Source of the DNA: Calditrichota bacterium
Lineage (GTDB): Bacteria; Electryoneota; RPQS01
Direction of reading: 5' to 3'
Length of the DNA stretch: 64,000 bases
Assembly: GCA_020637395.1 (NCBI GenBank)
Contig: JACJWA010000001.1
Coordinates: 979,639-1,043,638 of the forward strand
The position numbers and the translations under genes are program-made. Shown here one piece after another: positions 54,648-63,813 of this stretch; the first letter of the stretch is position 1, and the number at the start of each line of letters is the position of its first letter. A model generated the notes under the pieces. It was not told the origin of the DNA, made no database searches, and saw only the letters and a list, made by a program, of their open reading frames with translations.

Positions 54648-55844
54648 GTGCTCTTCTCAGGCAAGATACAAACGCAGTACGCAGGGACGTTCAAAGGCGT
54701 CCTTTTTCTTGCCGCGCTCGTTTTGGTAGTCTCGGTTCTTGCCTATTCGCAATATCTGGTCAACGAGCTAAAGGACAGCACCAGAAAATCCCTGACTCAG
54801 AAAATTGCGACCTACTCCACGCTAATTCGCAGTGACAATCCCGAGCTGATCGGCTTCGCACTCCGGCAAATCCAGGATGTTGAGTTTCCGATTATTGTCA
54901 CCGATGACAAGGGAAAGCCCAAGCTGTGGAAGAATATTGACATTCTCCCCGACGACACCAGTCAGAAGGCGACCGAAGAGCTTGCCAGGCTTGTACGCCA
55001 AATGGATGCGCAGGGGAATCCGGCGCTGCCGATTCTTGTTTCCGAAACTTCCACAGACTGGTTTCACTATGGAGACTCAGTGGTCATTCGGCAACTTCGT
55101 TGGCTTCCATGGATTGAAGTTCTTGCCGCGGCGCTCTTCGTGGTCGTAGGTTACTTCGGTTTTCAGAATATTCGCCGCAGCGAAGAGCGCATGGTGTGGG
55201 TCGGAATGGCCAAGGAGACCGCTCACCAATTGGGAACTCCCTTGACCTCACTGATGGGCTGGATCGAGCTTCTGAAAGCCGAAGAGCGTGATACACACAC
55301 GGTTTCTGAGATGGAGCGTGATCTTGCGAGACTTCAGCGCATCACCGCTCGCTTCTCGCAAATCGGCTCCAAGACTCCTTTGGTGCTCACCCGGGTGCGT
55401 CATGTCATCGAAGAGAGCGCCGACTATTTTAGATTGCGACTTCCGAGAAGCGGGAACTTGATTGAGCTTGAAGTCGTCTCAAACGCTGACCCGCAAGTAA
55501 AGTTGAACGCAGAGCTGTTTTCCTGGGTGCTCGAGAACTTGATTCGAAACAGCATTGATGCGATGCGATCAACCGGCGGCCAGATCAGAGTACTCTGCGA
55601 AGAAACGCCGTCGTGGATCTATGTGGACGTAGAAGATAACGGCGCAGGCATTCCTGCGCGGCACCGAAAAGATGTCTTTCGTCCGGGATTTACCACGAAG
55701 AAGCGCGGCTGGGGGCTGGGGCTCTCCCTGTCCCGACGAATAGTGGAAGAGTATCACGGCGGCAGACTCACGATCAAAGAAACGACGGCAGGAAAAGGAA
55801 CGACGATGCGTATTGCACTGCCGCGTGAAACGGAGCAATCGTGA
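54648..55844 (+). CDS. Sensor histidine kinase (two TM helices, HisKA, HATPase_c)
   Basis: H-box AHQLGTPLTSLMGWIELL, N-box NLIRNSIDA, G1 box DNGAGIP, and G2 box GWGLGLSL. Confidence 0.85.
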   Translation: MLFSGKIQTQYAGTFKGVLFLAALVLVVSVLAYSQYLVNELKDSTRKSLTQKIATYSTLIRSDNPELIGFALRQIQDVEFPIIVTDDKGKPKLWKNIDILPDDTSQKATEELARLVRQMDAQGNPALPILVSETSTDWFHYGDSVVIRQLRWLPWIEVLAAALFVVVGYFGFQNIRRSEERMVWVGMAKETAHQLGTPLTSLMGWIELLKAEERDTHTVSEMERDLARLQRITARFSQIGSKTPLVLTRVRHVIEESADYFRLRLPRSGNLIELEVVSNADPQVKLNAELFSWVLENLIRNSIDAMRSTGGQIRVLCEETPSWIYVDVEDNGAGIPARHRKDVFRPGFTTKKRGWGLGLSLSRRIVEEYHGGRLTIKETTAGKGTTMRIALPRETEQS

Positions 55845-56896
55845 GCAAGAGAACCTGGCGCGTTGTTCGGAGCTTCGCAATTCTTCTGGTGATCCTGATC
55901 ACGCTTGCCGCGTTGGAAGTAGGTTCACGGCTGTTTCTCGAGGGTGCCGCCATTGAAGGCACGCGTCGGGAAGTCATCGTGACAATTCCGCAGGGCGCAA
56001 CGTTGGACGAGATCGCCGGAATCCTGTACAACCAAAACCTGATTGAGCATCCTAGGCTTTTTGGTTTGGCCGCTCGAGTGGTTGGGGTGGACACGAAACT
56101 GCGCGCCGGAACCGTAAAGCTTGCGCTTGGGCAATCACTGGTGGATCTGATCAAGTCGCTTTCGACCGCAAAGGCGGTTGGTGTGCCGGTTACGATCCGC
56201 GAAGGATTGACCGGCATGCAGGTGGCCGGGATCCTTGCTCATGACCTCAATGTGGACAGCACCGCCTTTCTGAGAGCGTTTCGTGATTCGACGCTCTTAA
56301 GAAAGCTTGGTGTCAGCGCTCCTTCGTTTGAGGGTTACCTTTTCCCGGACACCTACTTTTTTACAGGTGGCGAGTCACCGGAGCAGATCATCGAACGCAT
56401 GGTCGCGAACCTGCGGGTCAGACTTCCAGAGGATACAGATCAAAAGCTTTCCGAATTGGGGCTCACTCTGAATGAACTGCTGGCCCTGGCCAGTATTGTC
56501 GAGTGGGAGTGCATGATTCCGAGCGAAGCGAAGGTGATTTCTTCAGTGTATCTAAATCGCTTGCGGCGAGGTATGCTGCTTCAGGCGGATCCAACCGTCG
56601 CCTACGCTTTGGGAAAAGGGCCGTCCAGACTATTCTTGAGTGATCTTCGTGTGGATAGTCCTTACAACACTTATAAGTATCAAGGATTGCCGCCCGGGGC
56701 GATCAATAGCCCAGGGAAACGTGCGATTGAGGCGGCGCTGCATCCTGCTCAAACGCCTTATCTATTCTTTGTGGCACAAGGTGACGGTACTCATGCGTTC
56801 ACAACCACGTTCGGCGATCACTTGCAGGCCAAAGAGAAGCTGGATGAATTGCGCCGGGCTCCCGTTATGGAAGCGGAGGCGGGAGAGCAGGGATGA
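55841..56896 (+). CDS. mltG: Endolytic murein transglycosylase MltG (YceG-like)
   Basis: N-terminal TM helix, EGYLFPDTY, ASIVEWE (catalytic Glu context), LQADPTV.Y, YNTY...GLPPG.I..PG. Confidence 0.9.
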   Translation: MSKRTWRVVRSFAILLVILITLAALEVGSRLFLEGAAIEGTRREVIVTIPQGATLDEIAGILYNQNLIEHPRLFGLAARVVGVDTKLRAGTVKLALGQSLVDLIKSLSTAKAVGVPVTIREGLTGMQVAGILAHDLNVDSTAFLRAFRDSTLLRKLGVSAPSFEGYLFPDTYFFTGGESPEQIIERMVANLRVRLPEDTDQKLSELGLTLNELLALASIVEWECMIPSEAKVISSVYLNRLRRGMLLQADPTVAYALGKGPSRLFLSDLRVDSPYNTYKYQGLPPGAINSPGKRAIEAALHPAQTPYLFFVAQGDGTHAFTTTFGDHLQAKEKLDELRRAPVMEAEAGEQG

Positions 56897-59112
56897 GCGC
56901 GAAGGCGAACTCTTTGGATGGGTTTCTTGAAGGTCTGAATGATGCGCAGCGAGATGCTGTCACGGCAGAGACAGGACCGGCGTTGGTTTTAGCGGGCGCC
57001 GGTTCGGGCAAGACAAGAGTCCTGACCGGGCGAGCTCTATACCTTATTGAGAGACTGCACGCGAACCCCGCATCCATTGCGGTGATGACGTTCACCAACA
57101 AAGCCGCTCGCGAACTGCGTGAAAGACTTGGCGGGTTTGAGCAGAGCGGACGCGGACTCCCTTGGGCCGGGACGTTTCACGGCTTTTGCGTGCAATTGCT
57201 TCGGCAATATGGCCCACGTGCAGGGCTATCTCGAGACTTCACCATCTATGACGAGGAAGACAGTCAGCGCGCCGTGACCGAAATTCTGCGCGAACGTCAG
57301 TTTGTACGTGAAGGCATGACGCCTAGACAGATTCGCAGCGTGATCTCTAGAATAAAGAACGGCGGCAAGGTGGATCCTCGCCAGCCGATTGTTCGCATTG
57401 CCGAAGAGATCTATGAAGACTACTGCGTCAGGCTGCGTCAGGCAAATGCTTACGACTTCGACGATCTCTTGCAGACGCCGCTCGAGCTAATGAAATCCAG
57501 TGACGAGTTTCGCGACATCCTACAGAAGCGATTTGATCACGTACTGATTGATGAGTTCCAGGATACGAATCTCGTTCAGTTCGAGCTCGCCTGCCAAATT
57601 GCCTTGCCGCAAAACGGAGTGTTTGCCGTAGGCGACGACGACCAGTCCATCTACAGCTGGCGCGGCGCAAACTACCGGAACATACTTGAGTTCTCAAAGC
57701 GGCTGAGCGGCGCTCGGGTGTTCAGGCTCGAGCAGAATTACCGTTCGACAAAACACATTCTGGATGCGGCGAATGATGTGATTGCGGCCAGCGTACATCG
57801 CCACGAGAAGACTCTTTGGACGGATCGAAAGGGTGGAGACAAGGTCACACTCAGAAGCCATTCTCGACCCGCTGATGAGGCTAATGAGATTGTCGGGGAA
57901 ATCGAGCATATCTGCGCGAAACGGAACCTGACTTACAAGGACTTTGCGATTCTCTTTCGCACGAACGCGGTCAGCCGCTACTTCGAAGAGGTCATGGTCC
58001 AGCAACGAATCCCGTACAATGTCGTGGGCGGGCTGCGCTTTTACGAGCGTAAAGAGATCAAAGACTTGATTGCCTACCTGCGTGTATTGGCGAATCCACA
58101 GGATGAGCAAGCGTGGGCGAGAGTGTTTAGGGAGCTTGCTCCCGGCGTCGGGGCTACCACCATAGAGAGAGTGATTTCCGCTGCACGAAGTTCCGGGCGG
58201 GGGCTTGCGTCCTTGTCAGATCCTGATTTCCTTGCCGCAAACTCCTCGGGTGCGCCGCGAGTGAAACTTCTCGAGTACGTGAGCCCAATGGCCGCTCTGC
58301 GAGCAAGATTGGGCGAGCTGAACATGTCCGAGACGGTTGACGAGGCACTTGTTGCAAGCGGGTTAGTTGCTATCTATGAGGCGCAGGACGACGATGAAGC
58401 CCGCGAACGTCTGGACAATCTCAGGCAATTTGCAACCGGAGCGTGGGAGAGAACTCAGGCGACGCCGACGATCGCTCTTTCAGACTTTCTGAGTGATCTT
58501 GCTCTGGTATCGGACATTGACGAACTGGAAGATCGAGCGGAACGAGTCACGCTGATGACAATTCATGCCGCAAAAGGTCTTGAGTTTCCTGTCGTGTTTG
58601 TGGCGGGGCTGGAGGAGAACCTCTTGCCGCACGCTCGAAGCTTGGAGTCTGTTGAAGCTCTGGAGGAAGAAAGAAGGCTTCTCTACGTCGCGATGACGCG
58701 CGCCATGGACAAGCTTTACCTTTCGTATTCCGAAACGCGCCCGCTGAACGGGCGACTCGAGTTTCAGTCTCCGTCAAGATATCTTGCCGACATTCATGTA
58801 GATCGGCTGCGGGGAACAGGTGTGCCGCAACGACCGTCGCTGCGCTACGTCAGCATGGATAACCCTGAGTTTACTAGTGACACGAGCCAAGAGATTCGCG
58901 CACCGAAGCATGCTTGGCGCGTCCCCGCTGCCTCAACGGCGTCACGGATCGAGTTTCGAATTGGCGACGTTGTGGAGCACCAAGAATTCGGAGTTGGCAC
59001 CGTCACGGCAAAGTCGGGCGATCTGGACTCCCTTAAAGTTCGTGTCACGTTTACGGGATTTGGTTCAAAACTTCTGGCCGTCAAATACGCAAACCTGAAA
59101 AAGCTCTCATGA
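56893..59112 (+). CDS. uvrD: ATP-dependent DNA helicase, UvrD/PcrA family
   Basis: Motif I is AGAGSGKT and motif II is IDEFQDTN. Other motifs are VGDDDQSIYSWRGA, NYRST and TIHAAKGLEF. The C-terminus is Tudor-like (FRIGDVVEHQEFGVGTV). Confidence 0.93.
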   Translation: MSAKANSLDGFLEGLNDAQRDAVTAETGPALVLAGAGSGKTRVLTGRALYLIERLHANPASIAVMTFTNKAARELRERLGGFEQSGRGLPWAGTFHGFCVQLLRQYGPRAGLSRDFTIYDEEDSQRAVTEILRERQFVREGMTPRQIRSVISRIKNGGKVDPRQPIVRIAEEIYEDYCVRLRQANAYDFDDLLQTPLELMKSSDEFRDILQKRFDHVLIDEFQDTNLVQFELACQIALPQNGVFAVGDDDQSIYSWRGANYRNILEFSKRLSGARVFRLEQNYRSTKHILDAANDVIAASVHRHEKTLWTDRKGGDKVTLRSHSRPADEANEIVGEIEHICAKRNLTYKDFAILFRTNAVSRYFEEVMVQQRIPYNVVGGLRFYERKEIKDLIAYLRVLANPQDEQAWARVFRELAPGVGATTIERVISAARSSGRGLASLSDPDFLAANSSGAPRVKLLEYVSPMAALRARLGELNMSETVDEALVASGLVAIYEAQDDDEARERLDNLRQFATGAWERTQATPTIALSDFLSDLALVSDIDELEDRAERVTLMTIHAAKGLEFPVVFVAGLEENLLPHARSLESVEALEEERRLLYVAMTRAMDKLYLSYSETRPLNGRLEFQSPSRYLADIHVDRLRGTGVPQRPSLRYVSMDNPEFTSDTSQEIRAPKHAWRVPAASTASRIEFRIGDVVEHQEFGVGTVTAKSGDLDSLKVRVTFTGFGSKLLAVKYANLKKLS

Positions 59113-59963
59113 TTATTGAAACGATGGACATTGTCCGACTTGCACTTGAGGAAGATCTGACCGGGGACATGATTGACGTTACCACGGATTCCCTTGTGGA
59201 TCCAGAACTGTCCGGCGAAGCTTGGATCGAAGCTCGCGAGGACGCGATCATTGCAGGTCTGTCTGTTGCCAAAGAAGTGTTTCGCGCCGTGGATCCGGAA
59301 GTCGTGTTCACCCCGCTGTGTGCGGACGGCGATCATGTTCGTCCCTTGAACCGCGTGGCTTCGATCAATGGCAAAGCGGTTTCTATTCTCAAGGCTGAGC
59401 GCACCGCACTGAATTTCTTGACTCACCTGTCGGGAGTTGCGACTAAGACCGCGGAGCTTGTTCAGTTGACTGGACCCTATCAGACGAAAGTGTGGGCCAC
59501 CCGAAAAACCACTCCCGGGCTTCGTAAACTTGAGCTGGATGCCGTGCGGGCGGGTGGGGGAGACACTTATCGGGAAAACCTGTTCGAACGTGTGCTCGTG
59601 AAGGACAATCACATTGGAATCATCGGCGGAATCGAAGCACTGACTCGCCGCCTGGATATCAATGGTGAGGCTGATCCCAAGTTTCTTGACGGCAAGGTTG
59701 AGGTGGCCAGTCTCCATGAATTGGAGCTTGCCGTAGGAATGGGATGGAAGCAGATTCTGCTCGACAACTTCGCTCCTGAACAGGTTCGGGAGGCGGTTGA
59801 GCGCCACGGCCATGAAGTTGCTCTCGAAGCATCAGGTGGAATCCACACCGGCAACATCCGCGAGTATGCGGCGACCGGTGTGCCCGCGATCTCGATCGGA
59901 CAATTGACGCACTCTGTGCGATCCGTGGATTTTGCGCTTGAAGTGGACTGGTCTATAACGTAG
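59109..59963 (+). CDS. nadC: Nicotinate-nucleotide pyrophosphorylase (carboxylating)
   Basis: Motifs ERTALNFL.HLSG.AT, TRKT.PGLR, LDNF and EASGGI. Confidence 0.93.
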   Translation: MIIETMDIVRLALEEDLTGDMIDVTTDSLVDPELSGEAWIEAREDAIIAGLSVAKEVFRAVDPEVVFTPLCADGDHVRPLNRVASINGKAVSILKAERTALNFLTHLSGVATKTAELVQLTGPYQTKVWATRKTTPGLRKLELDAVRAGGGDTYRENLFERVLVKDNHIGIIGGIEALTRRLDINGEADPKFLDGKVEVASLHELELAVGMGWKQILLDNFAPEQVREAVERHGHEVALEASGGIHTGNIREYAATGVPAISIGQLTHSVRSVDFALEVDWSIT

Positions 59964-59977
59964 AGACGACCAGGTTC

Positions 59978-60952
59978 ATGCCGGAATTTCGTACTGATCC
60001 GCTGCGCGGTCACACGGTCCTGATCAACGCTCAGCGAGGCAAGCGCCCCTCCGAGTTCTTGGTTCACATCGAAGCTGCTGATTCCGCTCACTGTCCGTTT
60101 TGTCGAGGGCATGAAAGCTCGACTCCGCCTTCGATTGAGCAGGATTGCGCTCCGGATTGGAATTGGAGAGTGTTTCTCAATCTCTTCCCCGCCGTGCAGT
60201 CCACGTTCGCAACGGACCTGCTGGAGACTTCTCAAGGTTTGACCATGGCCGCGACCGGACGCCACGAAGTCCTGGTCGAATCGCCTGATCACAATGCTCT
60301 AGCCTGTGACTACTCGGTTGAGCATTGGACGGACCTGCTTTCCCTCTGGCAGCGCAGGTTGCGCGATCTTTATGCGGACGAGTCGGTTCGCTATGTCCAC
60401 ATCTTCAGAAATCAGGGCTTTCGCGGCGGCGCGACTCTGGTGCATCCGCATCAACAGATCGTCGGACTACCGTTTGTCCCCGAGCAGATCGCGTTCCGTA
60501 TTGCGCGTAACAAAGGTGGAGCAGAGTCGGAGTGTGCGCATTGCGAGTGGCTGAACTCAGAAATTGGGGCAAGCGAGCGCGTGATTGCCCAAGAAGATGG
60601 GATTGTCGCGCTTGCCAGTTTCGCGCCGCGGTTTCCGTTTGAATGGCAAGTCATGGAGACGGAACATCGGCGCTTCGACCAAATTCCGCAGAGACTGTTG
60701 TCGAAGGTGGCTCTGGTCCTGAAGTCGGGGCTGCGGGCACTGAGCCAAAGCTGCAAGAGTCCGGACTTCAATCTTGTGCTGTTTTCGGTGCCTCCCGGCG
60801 TGTCGAACAGCGAGGGCGGGTGGGCGATTGACATCCTGCCGCGCATGAGCACTCAGGCTGGTTTTGAGTGGGGAACAGGTGTTCACATTGTGTCAACTCC
60901 TCCAGAAGAGGCAGTCAAAGTGCTTCGCTCCAGCTGGCCGGTTGACTGTTAG
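59978..60952 (+). CDS. galT: Galactose-1-phosphate uridylyltransferase-like HIT-family nucleotidyltransferase
   Basis: FRTDPL.G, zinc site CPFC.G.E, active-site HPHQQI, and a duplicated half-barrel length of 324 aa. Confidence 0.8.
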   Translation: MPEFRTDPLRGHTVLINAQRGKRPSEFLVHIEAADSAHCPFCRGHESSTPPSIEQDCAPDWNWRVFLNLFPAVQSTFATDLLETSQGLTMAATGRHEVLVESPDHNALACDYSVEHWTDLLSLWQRRLRDLYADESVRYVHIFRNQGFRGGATLVHPHQQIVGLPFVPEQIAFRIARNKGGAESECAHCEWLNSEIGASERVIAQEDGIVALASFAPRFPFEWQVMETEHRRFDQIPQRLLSKVALVLKSGLRALSQSCKSPDFNLVLFSVPPGVSNSEGGWAIDILPRMSTQAGFEWGTGVHIVSTPPEEAVKVLRSSWPVDC

Positions 60953-61010
60953 ATATTCATTAACAACGTCTTAGTCAGAATCATTTCCTTGTCAATTCAG
61001 GGTTCCTCTC

Positions 61011-61039
61011 TTGACATTTTGAGCTCAGTGCGCTAAATT
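61011..61039 (+). promoter_or_regulatory. Sigma70-type promoter for rplM-rpsI (TTGACA-17 nt-TAAATT)
   Basis: TTGACA at 61011-61016 and TAAATT at 61034-61039. An AAGGA Shine-Dalgarno sits at 61057-61061. Confidence 0.6.
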
Positions 61040-61070
61040 TCAAGACTTTGCACGTAAAGGATATAACCAT

Positions 61071-61493
61071 ATGTCAACTTTTCACGCCCGTCCCGAGACC
61101 GCAGAGCGGAATTGGGTCGTCATTGACGCCCAAGAGCAGATTCTGGGGCGCCTGAGTTCCCGAATTGCCACAATACTGCGTGGCAAGAACAAGCCGCAGT
61201 TTACGACCCACGTTGACACGGGCGATTTTGTCGTTGTGATCAATGCCGAGAAGGTGCAGGTCACCGGAAACAAGTGGGAAGACAAGACGTATTTTCGCCA
61301 TAGCGGTTTTCCGGGAGCTGAGAAGATCACGCCCTTGCGTAAACTTTCGGCGAAGCACCCGGAGCGGGTCATCTATTTGGCCGTTAAGGGAATGATGCCC
61401 AAGACCCGCCTCGGCCGCAAACAGCTTCGCAAACTGAAAGTCTATGCGGGTGCCGAACATCCGCATGCCGCCCAGCAGCCCGCAGCGATTTAA
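61071..61493 (+). CDS. rplM: 50S ribosomal protein L13
   Basis: Motifs W.VIDA....LGRL.S.IA..LRGK.KP.FT.H.D.GD.VVV.NA.K. Confidence 0.97.
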   Translation: MSTFHARPETAERNWVVIDAQEQILGRLSSRIATILRGKNKPQFTTHVDTGDFVVVINAEKVQVTGNKWEDKTYFRHSGFPGAEKITPLRKLSAKHPERVIYLAVKGMMPKTRLGRKQLRKLKVYAGAEHPHAAQQPAAI

Positions 61494-61516
61494 GTTAACC
61501 TCCGATATATAGGCCC

Positions 61517-61909
61517 ATGAAAGACTCTCGAATCTATGCGACCGGCCGCCGCAAGACGGCGATTGCCCGTGTTTGGCTTGCTCCCGGTTCCGGAAAAGTC
61601 ACCGTGAACGGCAAGGATGTTCTCGGCTACTTCAAGCGCGATGTCTTGCGTATGTTGATCGAACGTCCGCTGACCGTGACTGAAACGATGGGGAAAGTTG
61701 ATATCAAAGCCACTGTTCGCGGCGGCGGCAAGTCCGGTCAAGCCGGTGCCTTTCGTTTGGGTATCAGCCGTGCGCTCACCGTCCTTGATGAAGCGCATCG
61801 CCCCGTGCTCCGTCAGAATGACCTTCTGACTCGCGATCCTCGCGAAAAGGAACGTAAGAAATACGGAAAGCCCGGCGCCCGCAAGAGCTTCCAGTTCTCG
61901 AAACGCTAA
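61517..61909 (+). CDS. rpsI: 30S ribosomal protein S9
   Basis: GRRK.AIARV...G.G...VNG, with C-terminal GLLTRDPR.KERKKYG...ARK.FQFSKR. Confidence 0.97.
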   Translation: MKDSRIYATGRRKTAIARVWLAPGSGKVTVNGKDVLGYFKRDVLRMLIERPLTVTETMGKVDIKATVRGGGKSGQAGAFRLGISRALTVLDEAHRPVLRQNDLLTRDPREKERKKYGKPGARKSFQFSKR

Positions 61910-61916
61910 TTACTCG

Positions 61917-61935
61917 GCGCCGCTTCCGGCGCTTT
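61917..61935 (+). terminator. Short GC hairpin after rpsI (weak terminator or attenuator)
   Basis: GCGCCG-CTTC-CGGCGC followed by TTTC. The T tract is poor. Confidence 0.35.
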
Positions 61936-62032
61936 CACTACCGCCCGATCTGATCTTGAGCAGGGTGTCTCGCAAAAAGAGATTCACTCAAGAATTGACG
62001 ACCGGGTTGCGATTAACCCCGTTGGAGACGAC

Positions 62033-62905
62033 ATGTCACGTGTAACCCTGCAGCAACTCTTGCTCGCTGGTGCTCATTTCGGGCACCTTACCCGCCGCTG
62101 GCATCCCAAGATGGCGCCGTACATCCTCATGGACAAGAACGGCATCCATCTTGTTGACCTTCGCCAAACCCAAACCGCCCTCGAAACCGCTTGCGCCGCC
62201 GTTTCCGAGTTCACCGCCAATGGTCAGCAACTGCTGATGGTGGGAACAAAGAGTCAGGCGCGTGAGGCCATTTCTTCCGAAGGCAAGCGTGCACAGACGC
62301 CTTTTGTCGTCGAGCGCTGGCTGGGCGGAATGCTCACAAATTTTGCGACGATCCGTCAGGGCGTCAAAAACATGGAAGCCATTGAGCGCATGATGTCGGA
62401 CGGTACCTTCGAGAAGATTTCGAAGAAGGAACGTCTGATGAAGCAGCGCCAGCACGAAAAGATGATGCATACGCTGGGTGGTATCCGCGACATGCGTCAT
62501 CTGCCCGGTGCTATTTTTGTCGTGGACATTCTGCGCGAAAAGATTGCCGTCGCCGAGGCGCGTCGTCTGGGTATTCCGGTTATTGCCATCTGCGATACAA
62601 ACGTGGATCCGACGGTTGTGGATTTCCCGATTCCTGCCAATGACGACGCGTTCAAGTCCATAGCGTTGATCACGCGGGCCATCGCGGAAGCTGCCATTGA
62701 AGGCTCCGCAAGATACAAGGCAAACGCCGACATGCGCCAATCGCAGGCGGACGTCGAAGCCCGCGAGCTTGAAGCGACCGGTGAAGCTCGCCGCCGCGAA
62801 CGTGATCGCGGCCGCCCCGGAGATCGTCCCGATCAAGGCGGACCGCAGCGCAGACGCCGTGTCCGTCGCCCCGAGGATCAGAAGCCCGAGACGGCTTCCG
62901 AGTAG
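62033..62905 (+). CDS. rpsB: 30S ribosomal protein S2 with an Arg/Glu/Pro-rich C-terminal extension
   Basis: Motifs LL.AG.HFGH..RRW.PKM, W.GG.LTNF and D.N.DP..VD..IP.NDD. It is 290 aa and ends ...RRRERDRGRPGDRPDQGGPQRRRRVRRPEDQKPETASE. Confidence 0.97.
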   Translation: MSRVTLQQLLLAGAHFGHLTRRWHPKMAPYILMDKNGIHLVDLRQTQTALETACAAVSEFTANGQQLLMVGTKSQAREAISSEGKRAQTPFVVERWLGGMLTNFATIRQGVKNMEAIERMMSDGTFEKISKKERLMKQRQHEKMMHTLGGIRDMRHLPGAIFVVDILREKIAVAEARRLGIPVIAICDTNVDPTVVDFPIPANDDAFKSIALITRAIAEAAIEGSARYKANADMRQSQADVEARELEATGEARRRERDRGRPGDRPDQGGPQRRRRVRRPEDQKPETASE

Positions 62906-62934
62906 TAGTTTACAAAAATTGACTGGAGATAGAC

Positions 62935-63804
62935 GTGTCCGATGTGATGATCAATGCGGCCGATGTGGCAATGCTGCGTCGCGAAACCGGCGCAGGAATG
63001 ATGGATTGTAAGAAAGCTCTCACGGAGGCCGGTGGTGATCGCGACAAGGCGCTTGAGATCTTGCGCAAGAAAGGACAAGCCGCGGCCGAGAAACGTGCTG
63101 AGCGTTCTGCTGAAGAAGGTGTTGTGGCCATCGTCACCTCGCCCGATGGGTCGTCTGCCGCACTCGCTGAAGTGCGGTGCGAAACCGACTTTGTCGGTCG
63201 CAACGAAGACTTCCGCGGCTTTGCTAAGGACCTTGCCGAGCTTGTGCTGAATTGGTCCGACGCCAACGGCAAGTCAGTTGATGACCTGAGTGCGCAGAAG
63301 TTTGGCGGTTCCACGGTCGGCGAGACGCTGACCAACATGATTGGCAAGATCGGCGAGAAGCTCGAAATCGCACGCTTTGCGAAATTGTCCGGCGGCCATG
63401 TCGGGCAGTATGTTCACTCGGACAGCAAGCTCGGCGTTCTGGTCGCACTCGATGGAGTGACCGGAAGTGCTTCCGAAGTGCAAACGCTCGGACGTGACCT
63501 GGCCATGCAGGTTGCCGCATCTTCGCCTGAGTTTCTGACACGTGACGAAGTTCCGGCGGACAAGATCAATGCTGAGACTGAGATTGAAAAGGATCGTGCC
63601 CGTCAGGAAGGAAAGCCTGAGCCTGCTGTGGCAAAGATTGCCGAAGGCCGCGTGAACAAGTGGCTGGCCGGAATCGTTCTGCTTGAGCAGCCATTCATCA
63701 AGGAACCCAAGATGCTCGTCAAGGATGTGGTTGCCGCAACTGAAAAGACGGTCGGCAAGCCCATTCAAGTGAAGTCCTTTGTGCGTTTCAGAGTCGGGGC
63801 CTGA
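62935..63804 (+). CDS. tsf: Translation elongation factor Ts
   Basis: The UBA-like N-terminus is V..LR..TGAGMMDCKKAL.EA.GD..KA.E.LRKKG, and dimerisation-domain motifs are present. GTG start. Confidence 0.97.
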   Translation: MSDVMINAADVAMLRRETGAGMMDCKKALTEAGGDRDKALEILRKKGQAAAEKRAERSAEEGVVAIVTSPDGSSAALAEVRCETDFVGRNEDFRGFAKDLAELVLNWSDANGKSVDDLSAQKFGGSTVGETLTNMIGKIGEKLEIARFAKLSGGHVGQYVHSDSKLGVLVALDGVTGSASEVQTLGRDLAMQVAASSPEFLTRDEVPADKINAETEIEKDRARQEGKPEPAVAKIAEGRVNKWLAGIVLLEQPFIKEPKMLVKDVVAATEKTVGKPIQVKSFVRFRVGA

Positions 63805-63813
63805 TCTACCTAC

